The notes: generated by a model not told the origin, from the letters alone. 64,000 nucleotides of DNA from Hydrurus foetidus (GCA_900617105.1 UYFQ01000001.1:4092001-4156000); one strand, 5' to 3'; shown: positions 39,101-48,911, counted from the stretch's first letter. Program-made: numbers and translations.

Positions 39101-39157
39101 TGCCGCTGCAAATAGCGCTGGAGTTGCCGCCCCGATTTTCAAGGTAGGTGATGCCAC
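33188..39157 (-). CDS. Bacterial alpha-2-macroglobulin
   Basis: MG domains (FDRTLLRAGETV, FRVEEFR), thioester motif CLEQ, C-terminal VEAMYAPE. Confidence 0.95.
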   Translation of the reverse strand: MASPTLKIGAATPALFAAAFAATFAVQVHALQITSLSPQGEVSAVRQVVAKFDESAVNFGDPKVTAPLTLSCSDAQASKGNGRWISDREWAFEFEKDLPPGVSCTLQVRSGLKSASGSIYTGASSYKFNSGGPFVQAVRPSPRAQIDEEQYFVLTLNGAATLASVQQNMWCAAEGLGERIAVKLIDGTERAALLKSQGLEKAAALDPLRHVTLACNRRLTPSARVQLVYGKGVSTPSGIINSVEKRFNFQVREPFAASFTCERENAQSACLPIRPMSLSFNAPVPRKLAEAIRLTSNKESLKPTFDADGDAADVVSNVTFKPVFGESTSFKLELPKGFKDASNRDLRNADSFPLTVATAAMPPLAKFSAAPFGVVERYAEPGSKPGDSALLPVTLRNVEAALLTKTLSPGQVSTLQPKSDAEIIAWFKKVKRYDNYEVPRKLAALDVKGALPKVLDKRDKDSVQSRMVSLLSGQTGVKSLDLPRPEKSNKPELRPFEVVGIPLQAGFHVVEIASAKLGGSLLDERYGNSRTMYVRTSALVTNLGVHFKLGRENAMAWVTTLDKGTVVANAQVAVSNCNGKEVAKATTNAQGIANFTGLSPEPDRCAGENGDSGNAYFVSARSADDLAFTWSDWHKGIEPWRFNVPTSSDARPDERAHTIFDRTLLRAGETVSMKHILRSETSQGFALAASQPVQLVVTHVGSGQQYVQPLAWRKTATGGQSAESTFAIPPAAKLGVYEVQLKGQNEDRNRNFSSGSFRVEEFRLPVLEGRVTPVEKKALINAKTVPTDVQINYVAGGGAANLPVRLSALVRSRSLGYSDYEEFNFSPPRGKKGDAEGGEEENTASQDQRVIADKLPLTLDKNGTGKVTIADVPTARQPQELLLEATYADPSGEVQTIRSVSTLWPAGVVAGIKTEGWVSSSQKIKFQALALDLTGKAAADVSLEVKAVARIVTTSRKRMVGGFYTYDNKTETKDLGQVCSGKSDARGLLLCETKLGEAGEVELIVTAKDKEGNTIQAASSVYVTKQGELWFGGENHDRMDVLPEKKSYQPGDMAKFQVRMPFRFATALVAVEREGIIETQVVQLNGQDPTINLKIRDGWGPNVYVSVLALRGRLREVPWYSFFTWGFKAPKEWWTSFWYQGREYVAPTALVDLSKPAFRLGLAEIRVGTKAHQLDVSVKADKESYAVRTQAKVTIQVKLPNGQPAANAEVALAAVDQALLELMPNTSWGLLDAMLQRRAWGVETSTAQMEIIGRRHYGRKAVAAGGGGGRSGTRELLDTLLLWNPRVQLDAQGQAVVNVPLNDALTTFKIVAVADAATGLFGTGQTSIKATQDLQIISGLPPLVREDDQYRAQITLRNTTKAAMKVEVAPRATLLDLKPQTVDIPAGEAREVAWMVTAPAQLAFTRQEAILWEIEAKDTISGARDGLKARQRIIPAVPLTVQQATLVQVDGTFNLDVNSPADALPGRGGLKMSLQPKLAEGMDGVRDWFANYPFACLEQKTSKSVGLRDGKLWQTVVGQVPGYLDSDGLANYFPPRDGEAARGSDALTAYLLAATHEAASINPAFALPDDVRAPMERGLIAFVEGKIQREFWSPRKDLDVRKLAALEALSRYGKAQARMLGSITIAPIQWPTSAVIDWLQILKRVADVPKREERILEANQILKSRLSYQGTKLIFSTEKDDYWWWLMVNGDVNTARLMLAVMDDPAWKDDMGRLANGFIGRQQKGAWHTTTANLWGGLALDKFSAKFEATPVAGVTKATLATATANVDWAKVDRVKTTDAGGAPNQTTMFGAPASPGNLTNNGMFLPWTKSSTAGKETLSVTHTGAGKPWLTLQSLAAVQLKEPFNAGYQIKKTITPIEQANKGSYTRGDVLRITLEVNASADMTWVAITDPIPGGATILGSGLGRDSEIATKGEKKSGSGWPAFEERSFEAFRSYYEYLPKGVVKMEYTVRLNNVGNFALPPSRVEAMYAPEMFGEAPNARVKVEAVK
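38768..38815 (+). repeat. Family A copy in frame in A2M (SASGSIYTGASSYKFNS)
   Basis: ACTATTAAATTTATAGCTACTCGCGCCCGTATATATTGAGCCAGAGGC. Confidence 0.9.
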
Positions 39158-39280
39158 TGTGAACCCTCTGATTTTTTCAAGCTCAAGAGTAGCTTAATTG
39201 GCCTGACTTCCCGTTACAACGCGGTCAATGATTTGACGCGTGCGCCCTTCACAATGGGTTTTTAGCTTAGGACAATGTAA

Positions 39281-39967
39281 ATGCTTGAAGACTTCTCCTT
39301 GCGCGCACGTGTCAAATCAACGGTAGCGGTAGCTTTTTTCGCGGGTTTGGCAGGTTGCGGTGGCGGGGGCAGCGATTTACCGGCCGTCAATGCCGCGCCG
39401 GGCGCTGCGACCAGCACTGGGGTGGCGCCACTGCCCGCACCAGTAGCGGTGGCGACCGTGCCTCCGCCTGTCGCGGCTCCGGCCCCGGCCACGCCTGCCA
39501 CGGGCACCACTGCGGTCGGCGACTTCAGTTGCGGTTTGAATGGCGCGGCAGGTATTGAGGCTGAAGTGCTCCAGCGGGTGAACGCGCTGAGGGCAGCAGG
39601 TGCTGTTTGCGGCACCACGCCCTATGCAGCAACGGGTCCGTTGGCGTGGAACGCGGCGTTGCTATTGGCGGCCAAAGGACATTCGGCTGACATGGCGCAA
39701 AAAAATTATTTTTCGCACATCAGCCAAGACGGCAGAAATGCGGGCCAGCGGGTAACGGCCGCTGGCTACACCTGGTCTAGCTATGGTGAAAACATTGCTG
39801 CAGGGCAGGCCTCAGTCGAGCAGGTCATGTCCGGTTGGGCCAACAGCCCCGGGCATTGCCAGAACCTGATGAACCCGAGCTTTAAAGACGTAGCGGTAGC
39901 CTGCGTGCGCAACGATGCTGCCGACTACCGGTTGTACTGGACGATGAATTTAGGGCGCAGCCGCTAA
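39281..39967 (+). CDS. CAP/SCP domain lipoprotein
   Basis: Lipobox LAGC, Pro/Ala linker, HSADMA...FSH, GENIA, WANSPGHCQN. Confidence 0.9.
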   Translation: MLEDFSLRARVKSTVAVAFFAGLAGCGGGGSDLPAVNAAPGAATSTGVAPLPAPVAVATVPPPVAAPAPATPATGTTAVGDFSCGLNGAAGIEAEVLQRVNALRAAGAVCGTTPYAATGPLAWNAALLLAAKGHSADMAQKNYFSHISQDGRNAGQRVTAAGYTWSSYGENIAAGQASVEQVMSGWANSPGHCQNLMNPSFKDVAVACVRNDAADYRLYWTMNLGRSR

Positions 39968-39992
39968 ATTGAAGCGCAGCGGCTTGTGCGGT

Positions 39993-41411
39993 TCAAACCG
40001 CTTTGCCAAGCCTTGCTACGTGCCGCGCAATTTGCAGCCGCACCTGCGCGGGTGCCGTGCCGCCCAGCGTATTGCGTGCATTCAACGAGCCGCGCAAACT
40101 CAAGCATTCGTACACGTCTTTTTCAATGCTGGCGTGAAAGCCCTGCAGCACCGTTAGTGGCAGCTCAGACAGGTCAACGTTGTGCGACATGGCTGCTTTC
40201 ACTGCATGGGCCACCGCCTCATGGGCATCGCGAAACGGCAGGCCCTTTTTCACGAGGTAGTCGGCCAAATCTGTTGCCGTGGCGTAGCCGCGTAGCGCTG
40301 CTTGTTCCATCGCTTCTGGTTTAACCGTGATGCCTGTCACCATTTCAGCAAATATGCGCAACGTGTCTTTGAGGGTATCAACCGTGTCGAACAGTGGCTC
40401 TTTGTCTTCCTGGTTGTCTTTGTTGTAGGCCAGCGGCTGTGCTTTCATCAGCGTGATCAAACCCATCAGGTGCCCGACGACACGGCCTGTTTTGCCGCGC
40501 GCCAGCTCCGGCACATCGGGGTTTTTTTTCTGCGGCATGATCGACGAGCCAGTAGTAAAGCGATCAGGAATGTGAATGAAGCCAAAGTTCTGGCTCATCC
40601 ACAAAATCAGCTCTTCAGACAGGCGGCTGATATGCACCATGGCGATTGATGCGGCGGCGGTGAACTCAATGGCAAAGTCACGGTCACTTACTGCGTCGAG
40701 CGAGTTTTGGCAGACGCAGGGTTTGCCGTTGCCGTCCACCATGCCAAGCGCAACTGCCACGCGGGCGCGGTCTAGCGGGTAACCGGTGCCAGCCAGCGCC
40801 GCAGCGCCCAGCGGCAAAAAATTCACCCGCTTGCGCACATCTTGCATACGCTCGGCGTCACGGTTAAACATCTCAACATAGGCCAGCATGTGGTGGCCAA
40901 AGCTGACTGGCTGCGCGACTTGCAAATGCGTAAAACCAGGCATCACGGTGTCGATGTTTTTTTCGGCAATCACAACCAGCGCTCTCTGCAGCTCAATCAG
41001 TAAATTTGCTATCGCATCGATTTCGCCGCGCAGCCACAGCCGCACGTCGGTGGCGACCTGGTCGTTTCTGGAGCGGCCGGTGTGCAGGCGCTTGCCGGCG
41101 TCGCCGACCAAAGTGGTTAGCCGTGCCTCGATATTGAGGTGAACGTCTTCCAGGTCCAGTTTCCAGTCGAAGGCGCCCGATTCAATTTCTTTTTTGATGG
41201 TCGCCATTCCGGTTTGGATGGAGGCATGGTCTGCCGCCGTGATAATCCCCTGAGCGGCCAGCATGTCAGCGTGGGCCAACGAGCCCTCAATGTCGGCTTG
41301 CCATAGGCGTTTGTCGAAAAAAACACTGGACGTGTAGCGCTTGACCAGGTCGCTCATCGGCTCTGAAAAAAGTGCCGACCAGGCTTGAGATTTATTGTCG
41401 AGTGGGTTCAC
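39993..41411 (-). CDS. argH: Argininosuccinate lyase
   Basis: [27 protein letters not shown]. Confidence 0.98.
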   Translation of the reverse strand: MNPLDNKSQAWSALFSEPMSDLVKRYTSSVFFDKRLWQADIEGSLAHADMLAAQGIITAADHASIQTGMATIKKEIESGAFDWKLDLEDVHLNIEARLTTLVGDAGKRLHTGRSRNDQVATDVRLWLRGEIDAIANLLIELQRALVVIAEKNIDTVMPGFTHLQVAQPVSFGHHMLAYVEMFNRDAERMQDVRKRVNFLPLGAAALAGTGYPLDRARVAVALGMVDGNGKPCVCQNSLDAVSDRDFAIEFTAAASIAMVHISRLSEELILWMSQNFGFIHIPDRFTTGSSIMPQKKNPDVPELARGKTGRVVGHLMGLITLMKAQPLAYNKDNQEDKEPLFDTVDTLKDTLRIFAEMVTGITVKPEAMEQAALRGYATATDLADYLVKKGLPFRDAHEAVAHAVKAAMSHNVDLSELPLTVLQGFHASIEKDVYECLSLRGSLNARNTLGGTAPAQVRLQIARHVARLGKAV

Positions 41412-41644
41412 GTCAGGCTTTCGGTGGCAGTTGGGCTAGCTTATTGTGCTGGCTTGTTGTGTTGGCGTCCCAGCGGTGCAATACTGGCGCATGAGATTTT
41501 GGCTTTGAACTTGGGCACACCACACAGGCGTTGAATGCAGACGTTAAATGTTATGTCACTGATTTTATCTGCCGCACATGCGCCTTGCCCGCCAGGCGGG
41601 TGGCCACTTGCCAGCCTTGCCAGCTCCGCCAGCCCTACCCGCCC

Positions 41645-42715
41645 ATGAAGCCGCCTTTGCAGCCCAATCCGTTTGCGGAGTCCACCGTTCAGGCCAGTCT
41701 GATGCCGCCGCTGGAGGGCGCGCTGCTGCAAGTTAGCAGCGCGCAGCAACCGGGTATTTTTGAAACCTGCAGCGTTGGCGTTGTGCTGCGTGCAGTGCTG
41801 TTTGTGGAGTCGGTCGTGGGCGTTGCGGCTATGTTCAATTCAACTCAACCGCTGGACTGGTTGCTGCAGTTTTCGCTGCTGACTGGCGGAGTGTTGCCTG
41901 CAACCCTGTCGTGGTTAGTTGTCACGTGTTGGTTAAAAGGCAAATTAGCCCGGCTAGCGCTGCCACTGCAATGGGGCAGTGGTGTTGGGCTGGGCGTTGT
42001 GGCAGGGCTGTACGGCTGTGGGGTGCTCAATTTCATGGGCATCACACAGAGCGCGCCGTGGTGGGCCAGCGCGGCTGCGGGTGCACTGCTGTCGAGCATG
42101 CTACTGGCCGGGCTGTTTTGGCGCGCCAGGGCGCGCACCCCGGCTGCCACCACAGCCCGGCTCGCAGAATTGCAATCGCGCATTCGGCCGCATTTTTTGT
42201 TCAACACCTTGAACAGCGCAATCGCGCTGGTGCGCGCCGAGCCGCGCAAGGCAGAAGCCGTGCTGGAGGACCTGAGCGAGCTTTTTCGCAGCGCGCTGGC
42301 CGACCCGGCCGAGTCAGTGACGCTGGGGCAAGAAATTGCGCTGGCTAAAAGTTATTTGGCGATTGAAAAGGTCAGGTTTGGCGAGCGTCTGCAGGTGGTG
42401 TGGGAAATCGACCCGGCTGCGGCCCTGGCCAAGCTTCCGCCCTTGCTGCTGCAGCCGCTGGTTGAAAACGCCGTCAAACATGGCGTAGAGCCGAGCGCGG
42501 GCGGCGCACAGCTCAAAATTTCCACGCAAAAGCGGGGTGCGTCAGTCGTGATCAAGGTCAGCAACACTACGCCCGCGGGCACGGGCGAGCGCGGCCACGG
42601 GCTGGCGCTGGCCAACGTGCGTGAACGCCTGATGCTGTTGCACGACGTGCAGGCGCGGTTTCAAACTGCATACAAAGACGGTGTATTTCAGGTGCGTATG
42701 GAGCTGCCGCTATGA
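41645..42715 (+). CDS. LytS/AlgZ(FimS)-type sensor histidine kinase
   Basis: LQSRIRPHFLFNTLNS, LQPLVENAVKHG, GHGLALANV; start uncertain. Confidence 0.9.
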   Translation: MKPPLQPNPFAESTVQASLMPPLEGALLQVSSAQQPGIFETCSVGVVLRAVLFVESVVGVAAMFNSTQPLDWLLQFSLLTGGVLPATLSWLVVTCWLKGKLARLALPLQWGSGVGLGVVAGLYGCGVLNFMGITQSAPWWASAAAGALLSSMLLAGLFWRARARTPAATTARLAELQSRIRPHFLFNTLNSAIALVRAEPRKAEAVLEDLSELFRSALADPAESVTLGQEIALAKSYLAIEKVRFGERLQVVWEIDPAAALAKLPPLLLQPLVENAVKHGVEPSAGGAQLKISTQKRGASVVIKVSNTTPAGTGERGHGLALANVRERLMLLHDVQARFQTAYKDGVFQVRMELPL

Positions 42716-43452
42716 CTCTGAAGGTGTTGCTGGTCGATGACGAAGCGCTCGCAAGAGCGCGGCTGTGCACGTTGCTGGCTGAATGCACGCAGCCCAGCGT
42801 GATGGTGGTTGCCGAAGCAGCCAACGCAACGCAAGCACTCGTTTGTATGGCGCGCGAGCGTTTTGACGCGGTGCTGCTGGACGTGCGCATGCCGGGCGCA
42901 GACGGCGTATCGCTGGCGCGCCGAATTGCCGACATGCCTGAACCCCCTGCCGTGGTGTTTGTGACGGCGCATGCAGAGCATGCCGTGCAGGCTTTTGAAG
43001 TCGCTGCTATTGATTACTTGACCAAACCTGTGCGGCTGGAACGCTTGCAGCAGGCGCTGCAAAAGGTGCAGAGGCATGTCGAGTTAAATCAGGTTATTGA
43101 GACGCCTTCAAGCCAGGATGTGCTGATTATTCAAGACCGTGGTCGCACTGAGCGTTTGCCGGTAGTCGACGTGCTTTACTTCAAGGCCGAGCTCAAATAC
43201 ATCACAGTCAAAACAGCAGCGCGAAGCTATATTCTGGACGGCTCCATCAATGAGCTGGAAGAAAAATACGCCCAAACATTTTTGCGGGTTCACCGCAACG
43301 CGCTGGTGGCGCGGCACGCCATGCGGGCGCTGGTCAAGCATTACGAGCCTGAAGAGGGCCAGGGCTGGGCTGTGGAGCTCAAAGGCACGGACGAGCTTTT
43401 GGTGGTTTCCCGGCGCCAGCTTGCGGCAGTAAGAGGTGCCATTGCGGCCTGA
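42712..43452 (+). CDS. LytTR-family response regulator (AlgR-like)
   Basis: VDDE, LLDVRMP, DYLTKP, FLRVHRNALV, VSRR. Confidence 0.93.
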   Translation: MTLKVLLVDDEALARARLCTLLAECTQPSVMVVAEAANATQALVCMARERFDAVLLDVRMPGADGVSLARRIADMPEPPAVVFVTAHAEHAVQAFEVAAIDYLTKPVRLERLQQALQKVQRHVELNQVIETPSSQDVLIIQDRGRTERLPVVDVLYFKAELKYITVKTAARSYILDGSINELEEKYAQTFLRVHRNALVARHAMRALVKHYEPEEGQGWAVELKGTDELLVVSRRQLAAVRGAIAA

Positions 43453-43666
43453 AGCGTCGATCGGCAGGTCGGGCGGCGGAATTGCCAGAGTATTTGTCCT
43501 ACATGCTTTAGGTGTCCGATTGGCTCGACGAATTAACTGGCGGTTGCTTATATTTACGCGTTGAATCCTGCGTCGCTCAACTGGACGCAACAAGGGATGA
43601 AACACGTGACGAAAAATGCGAGTCAAGCAAAAGTAATATCGACAATTTATTGAACGAGGACGCTTC

Positions 43667-44869
43667 ATGAATGCCCATCCCGCAGCGGCCGTGCCGATGC
43701 CTGCTGCCCCCACCGACACGCTAGAAGCTTTGCCATTGTCAACGCTTGGGGCAACGGTTGCTCTTGAACCTTCTGCCCTGAATTTACCTGTCAGTATTCG
43801 CAGCGTTTCGCTAGCGGTAATGGCGGTTTTTGCCGGGCTGTTTGTGCTGTACTGGGCGAAGGCGGTGTTTATTCCCTTCATGCTGGCGCTAACGTTCAGT
43901 TATGCGTTGTCGCCACTCGTCAACTGGATGGAATTGCGCCGCATCCCGCGTGCAGTGGGGGCGGGCGTCTTGATGCTCAGTATTTTGGGCGCTGTTGGCA
44001 GCACGGCGTACGCCCTGTCAAATGAGGCGGCCACTCTGGTTGAATCGCTGCCTGCAGCGGCGCAAAAATTCAGGCAGGCGATCAAGACTCGACAGGCCGG
44101 GCAGATCAGCGCGTTAGACACTGTGCAAAAAGCTGCTTCGCAACTCGAGCAGGCTGCCCAAGACGGCAGCTCGCCAGCAGCCAAAGGCGGCGCGCTGCGG
44201 GTGGTGATGGAGCCCGCCCGATTCAATATTAAAGACTACCTGTGGACTGGAACGCTGGGCCTGGTCACGCTGCTGGGGCAAATAACGGTAGTGGCTTTTT
44301 TGACTTATTTTTTGATGGTGTCGGGCAATACCTTCAGGCGCAAACTCATCAAGATTGCTGGGCCGTCGCTTAGTAAAAAGAAAGTTACGTTGCAGGCACT
44401 TGACGAAATCACCGGGCAAATTCAGCGTTACCTGCAAGTGCAACTTGCCACCAGTGCCCTGGTGGGGGTGCTTACCGGGTTGGCGCTATGGGCGATAGGT
44501 TTGCAGAACGCCGCTGTGTGGGGCATTGCCGCTGGGGTGTTGAACCTGGTGCCGTACATCGGAAGTTTGTTTACGGCGGCGGCGTCGGGCGGGGTGGCTT
44601 TTTTGCAGTTTAGCTCCAGCAACATGGCGATTTTGGTCGCAGGCGCTTCGCTTTTTATTCACATGGTTGTGGGTAACCTGATCACGCCTTGGCTGACCAG
44701 CCGCACCAGCCGCATGAACCCGGTGGCTGTATTTGTCGGCTTGCTGGCGTGGGGCTGGTTGTGGGGCGTGTGGGGTTTGCTGTTGGGCCTGCCGATTTTG
44801 ATGATCGTCAAAGCGGTGTGTGACCGGGTCGAAGACCTCAAGCCCATCGGCGAATTTTTAGGGTCTTGA
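43667..44869 (+). CDS. AI-2E family transporter
   Basis: Multi-TM; LNLVPYIG, WGWLWGVWGLLLGLP. Confidence 0.9.
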   Translation: MNAHPAAAVPMPAAPTDTLEALPLSTLGATVALEPSALNLPVSIRSVSLAVMAVFAGLFVLYWAKAVFIPFMLALTFSYALSPLVNWMELRRIPRAVGAGVLMLSILGAVGSTAYALSNEAATLVESLPAAAQKFRQAIKTRQAGQISALDTVQKAASQLEQAAQDGSSPAAKGGALRVVMEPARFNIKDYLWTGTLGLVTLLGQITVVAFLTYFLMVSGNTFRRKLIKIAGPSLSKKKVTLQALDEITGQIQRYLQVQLATSALVGVLTGLALWAIGLQNAAVWGIAAGVLNLVPYIGSLFTAAASGGVAFLQFSSSNMAILVAGASLFIHMVVGNLITPWLTSRTSRMNPVAVFVGLLAWGWLWGVWGLLLGLPILMIVKAVCDRVEDLKPIGEFLGS

Positions 44870-44985
44870 AAGTCTGATCCCGTGGGTGCGAGCCTTGCCT
44901 CAACGGCCAAGTCACTATTTTGGCCAGTTGCTACGTTGGTTGGTTAACATGGTGCGTTGTTTTATTAAACCGCAAAGAGAAAAAC

Positions 44986-45756
44986 ATGCTGGAGCTGTTA
45001 TCTGACCCCCAAATATGGGTTGCTTTCGCCACACTGACGGCGCTTGAGTTGGTGCTTGGCATCGACAATATTATTTTTATATCCATCCTTGTCGATAAAC
45101 TGCCCAAGGCGCAGCAAGAGCTGGCCCGCAAAATTGGCCTTTTTATGGCGATGTTCATGCGTATTGGGCTGCTTTTTGTGCTGTCGTGGATAGTTGGCCT
45201 AACCGAGCCGTTTTTTACGATTTTCGGCAAAGACATTTCGGGCCGCGACCTGATTTTGATTTTGGGCGGTTTGTTTTTGATCTGGAAAAGTACCGGCGAA
45301 ATTCACCAGTCGCTTGAAGGCGAAGAAGCCCATGCAACCAGCGCCGTGAAAGCAACGTTCACCGCAGTTATCTTGCAAATCATGGTGGTGGACATTGTGT
45401 TTTCCCTAGATTCAATCATTACCGCCGTCGGCATGGTTGATGAGCTTGCCGTGATGGTTGCCGCGGTTGTGGTGTCTGTGGGGCTGATGATGTTGTTTGC
45501 CTCCGCCATTGGCCGATTTGTGTCGGATCACCCCACAATCAAAATGCTGGCACTCGCGTTTTTAGTGGTGGTGGGCGTGGTGTTGGTGGCTGAAGGATTT
45601 GGTCATCACGTTCCAAAGGGTTATGTTTATTTTGCGATGGCGTTTTCTCTCGGCGTGGAACTGCTCAACATCTGGATGCGAAAACGGTCAGCCAAGCCTG
45701 TCAAGTTGCACAGCGCTTACAGCCCGCCGGCTGGGGCGGACAAGCCGGCGGACTAA
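44986..45756 (+). CDS. TerC family membrane protein (YgdQ-like)
   Basis: LELVLGIDN, DIVFSLDSIITAVG. Confidence 0.93.
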   Translation: MLELLSDPQIWVAFATLTALELVLGIDNIIFISILVDKLPKAQQELARKIGLFMAMFMRIGLLFVLSWIVGLTEPFFTIFGKDISGRDLILILGGLFLIWKSTGEIHQSLEGEEAHATSAVKATFTAVILQIMVVDIVFSLDSIITAVGMVDELAVMVAAVVVSVGLMMLFASAIGRFVSDHPTIKMLALAFLVVVGVVLVAEGFGHHVPKGYVYFAMAFSLGVELLNIWMRKRSAKPVKLHSAYSPPAGADKPAD

Positions 45757-45801
45757 AAACGGATTAATAGCCTGGTATTTACGCATCATTTTGTTGTTTT
45801 T

Positions 45802-45841
45802 CCCAATCAGTTCGGGCGCGAGCAGCTGCGCTATTAATAGC
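45802..45841 (-). repeat. REP-like family A copy
   Basis: CCCAATCAGTTCGGGCGCGAGCAGCTGCGCTATTAATAGC. Confidence 0.85.
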
Positions 45842-45882
45842 AAAAAAGTCAAGTTTTTTCGTGTAAATCACAGGAGCTACTT

Positions 45883-47448
45883 ATGAAAACATCGCAAATT
45901 GCCAAGCTCGGCGAACTCACCCCAAGACAGCAGCCAGTAGAACTTTTTGAAACGAGCCGACTTCCGGGTGGCTTGCTACGCAGCCGCTTGACGGGCTTGG
46001 CATGTGTTCTGCCTTTGGCGTTAGTCGCGTTGCTGGCGTCTTGCGCGAATGTGCCAGCCGAGAACGCTGAAGCAGTCTTGGAGCGCGCCAACGCAGCCAT
46101 GGGCGGCACCGCTTTAAAGAGTATTGCTTTTTCAGGCACTGGCACCGGCGCGACGTTTGGGCAAGCGTATCTTGCGGGCCAAGCCTGGCCCAAAATTACT
46201 TACAGCAGCTTTTCTCGCGTAGCAGACTACGAAAACAGCACCTTTAGAGAGGACGCGGCGCGTGCAAGAGCTGAGCCCAACGGCGGCGGTGCGGTTCCCT
46301 TGATGGGTACGGGCGAGCAACGCACCAGCGGCTTTTTGCGTGGTGCCCGCGCGTGGAACATGGTGGGTCCAGCGCCGCAAGCTGCGCCGGTTGCAGTTGA
46401 CGCTCGCACGCATGACTTGTGGACCACGCCGCACGGCGTGATCAAGGCGGCGCTGGCAAACAAGAGCACCGCAACTCAGCGCAACGACTCGGGCCGAGTC
46501 ATGATGGCAGTGTCATTCACCATGCCCGGGCAAATGAAGGCGACTGCCTGGATCAATGAGGCTGGGCTGGTCGAAAAAATCGACTCCGTGATGCCGCACC
46601 CAGTCAGCGGAGACACCGCTTCAAGCATCAAGTTTTCGATGTACCAAGACATCGGCGGTGTGAAGTTTCCGATGCGCATTGAACAAACCATGGGCGGCTT
46701 CCCGGTGCTGGACCTGACGGTGACTGAAGTTAAACCCAACTCGGCTGGCGCAGTAGAAGTCCCCGCGCTGGTCATGGCGTTTACCGAAAATATTGTTGCA
46801 ACCAAGGCAGCTGAAGGGGTGTGGCACCTGGCGGGCGGCTCGCACAACAGCGTGGCCATTGAAATGAAGGACTCTGTTTTGGTGGTGGAAAGCCCGCTGT
46901 ACGACGGGCGCGCAACGCCAATGTTGGCTGAAGCGAAAAAGCTCGCCGCTGGCAAGCCGATTGCCTACGTGGTGAATTCTCACCATCACTTTGACCACGC
47001 GGGCGGCTTGCGCAGCGCCGCGGCCGTTGGCGCAACGGTTGTCACCAGCGAGTTGGCGCGGCCGTTTTTTGAGACCACTTTGGCCAACGGCAACACCGTC
47101 AAGCCCGATGCGCTGCAGCTGTCCGGCAAGAAGGCCGTGGTGATGGGGGTTAACGGCAAACGCAGCTTTACCGATGGCAGCCGTACGGTGGACGTGTATT
47201 ACATCGAAGGCAGCGTGCATGCTGAGGGCTTTTTAATGGTGCACCTGCCAAAAGAGAAAATTCTGATTGAGGCAGACGCCTACACCCCAGGCGCGCCCAA
47301 CAGCCCGCCGCCCGCCAAGCCGAATGATTTGCACCTGAACCTCGTGGCAAACATTGACCGTTTAAAACTCGGCGTTGAGCAGATTTTGCCGCTGCATGGC
47401 CGTATCGTGCCGGTTACAGAACTGTATGCTGCCATTGGCAAAAAGTGA
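45883..47448 (+). CDS. MBL-fold metallo-hydrolase, probable lipoprotein
   Basis: LLASC lipobox, SHHHFDHAGG, HAEG, EAD, PLHG. Confidence 0.88.
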   Translation: MKTSQIAKLGELTPRQQPVELFETSRLPGGLLRSRLTGLACVLPLALVALLASCANVPAENAEAVLERANAAMGGTALKSIAFSGTGTGATFGQAYLAGQAWPKITYSSFSRVADYENSTFREDAARARAEPNGGGAVPLMGTGEQRTSGFLRGARAWNMVGPAPQAAPVAVDARTHDLWTTPHGVIKAALANKSTATQRNDSGRVMMAVSFTMPGQMKATAWINEAGLVEKIDSVMPHPVSGDTASSIKFSMYQDIGGVKFPMRIEQTMGGFPVLDLTVTEVKPNSAGAVEVPALVMAFTENIVATKAAEGVWHLAGGSHNSVAIEMKDSVLVVESPLYDGRATPMLAEAKKLAAGKPIAYVVNSHHHFDHAGGLRSAAAVGATVVTSELARPFFETTLANGNTVKPDALQLSGKKAVVMGVNGKRSFTDGSRTVDVYYIEGSVHAEGFLMVHLPKEKILIEADAYTPGAPNSPPPAKPNDLHLNLVANIDRLKLGVEQILPLHGRIVPVTELYAAIGKK

Positions 47449-47467
47449 GCTTTTTATGATCTTTTTA

Positions 47468-47516
47468 GCCCTCTAGCCCAATTAAATCGGGCGCGAGCAG
47501 CTAAAGTAGTAATATC
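47468..47516 (-). repeat. REP-like family A copy
   Basis: CTCTAGCCCAATTAAATCGGGCGCGAGCAGCTA. Confidence 0.88.
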
Positions 47517-47627
47517 AAAAAATTCGTTCATCCAACGAGTTTTTCTTGCGGGCAGCTCGTTCTGAAGGGCGTTAGCCCAAGTAGGCTGTTGCGTTTTTAC
47601 CCGAGTGCAAGCGCGGGCCGCGGCGCT

Positions 47628-47885
47628 TCATTGATTGGACTGGCTCGCCCATCTTCGACGAGCATACAGGCCCACAAAAGCACACCCCAGCACCAACGCA
47701 AACCAGCCGACCACTGCCGACTGGGCGACGATGCCCTGCATGCCCAGTGACGTAATGAAGTAGGGCGAAACGACCACGCCCAAGCCAATCAATATACACA
47801 AAATGCCTTTGATGGCCAGCTCGTTATTGACCGCTGTGCGGTAAGTTTTAGCCGGTCTCTGCGTGGGCGCGCTGGGAAGTGGCAT
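47628..47885 (-). CDS. Small two-TM membrane protein
   Basis: Two hydrophobic helices, basic C-terminal tail. Confidence 0.65.
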   Translation of the reverse strand: MPLPSAPTQRPAKTYRTAVNNELAIKGILCILIGLGVVVSPYFITSLGMQGIVAQSAVVGWFALVLGCAFVGLYARRRWASQSNQ

Positions 47886-47951
47886 GGTGCAATTTGATTG
47901 GAAGAGTTAAGGCAGCCGATAATACGCGGTGCTAACGAAAGATTTTTAACA

Positions 47952-48911
47952 ATGGCGATTCAGTGGTTTCCAGGGCACATGTACCTGACGCAAAAGGCGA
48001 TAAGTGAACGCATCAAAGAAATTGATGTGGTCATCGAGCTGCTGGATGCGCGCCTGCCGGGCTCTAGTGCCAACCCCAAGCTGACCGAGCTCACGGCTTC
48101 GCGCCCGACATTAAAGGTGCTAAACAAGCAAGACCTGGCCGATCCAGCCGTGACTGTGCAGTGGTTGGCGCATTACAACGCGATGCCGAATACCAGCGCC
48201 ATTGAGCTTGATGCCAGTGAGACTGCGCCCGCCCGCAAATTGATTGCCGCCTGCCACGCGCTGGCGCCGCTGCGCGGCAGCATGGTCAAGCCGATGCGGG
48301 TGCTGATCTGCGGAATACCCAACGTAGGCAAGTCAACATTGATCAACACGCTAACGGGTAAGCGCGCGACCAAAACGGGCGATGAAGCAGGCATCACCAA
48401 AATTGAACAACGTATTGTGCTGGCCGATGGGTTTTACCTGTGGGACACGCCCGGCATGTTGTGGCCCCGAATCATCGTGGCGCAGAGCGGCTACAACCTG
48501 GCGGCCAGCGGCGCGATTGGCCGTAACGCTTTCAGTGAAGAAGAAGTGGCGCTTGAGCTGCTTAATCTGTTGATCAAAAAATACCCGGCTGCGTTGACCG
48601 AGCGATACAAAGTCCAGATCACACCAGAGTCAACCGACGAAACCGTTTTGGAAGACATAGGCCGCAAGCGCGGCGCGGTGCTGACCAAGGGCCGCATCAA
48701 TTTGCAAAAAGCAGCTGAAATTGTGATTTACGAGTTTCGCCATGCCACTCTGGGCCGTATCACGCTGGAAACGCCTGATGAATTTGCAGGCTGGCTGGCA
48801 GCCGGGCAATTGCTGGATGCAGAGCGGCAAATTAAAAAAGACGCGATTGAAACCGCCCGCTTGATCAAGTTCAAGAAAATTGCCCGGCCTGAAAAGTTGC
48901 GGGGTGCTTGA
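47952..48911 (+). CDS. ylqF: Ribosome biogenesis GTPase YlqF/RbgA
   Basis: IQWFPGHM, DARLP, NKQD, GIPNVGKSTLIN, DTPG. Confidence 0.96.
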   Translation: MAIQWFPGHMYLTQKAISERIKEIDVVIELLDARLPGSSANPKLTELTASRPTLKVLNKQDLADPAVTVQWLAHYNAMPNTSAIELDASETAPARKLIAACHALAPLRGSMVKPMRVLICGIPNVGKSTLINTLTGKRATKTGDEAGITKIEQRIVLADGFYLWDTPGMLWPRIIVAQSGYNLAASGAIGRNAFSEEEVALELLNLLIKKYPAALTERYKVQITPESTDETVLEDIGRKRGAVLTKGRINLQKAAEIVIYEFRHATLGRITLETPDEFAGWLAAGQLLDAERQIKKDAIETARLIKFKKIARPEKLRGA

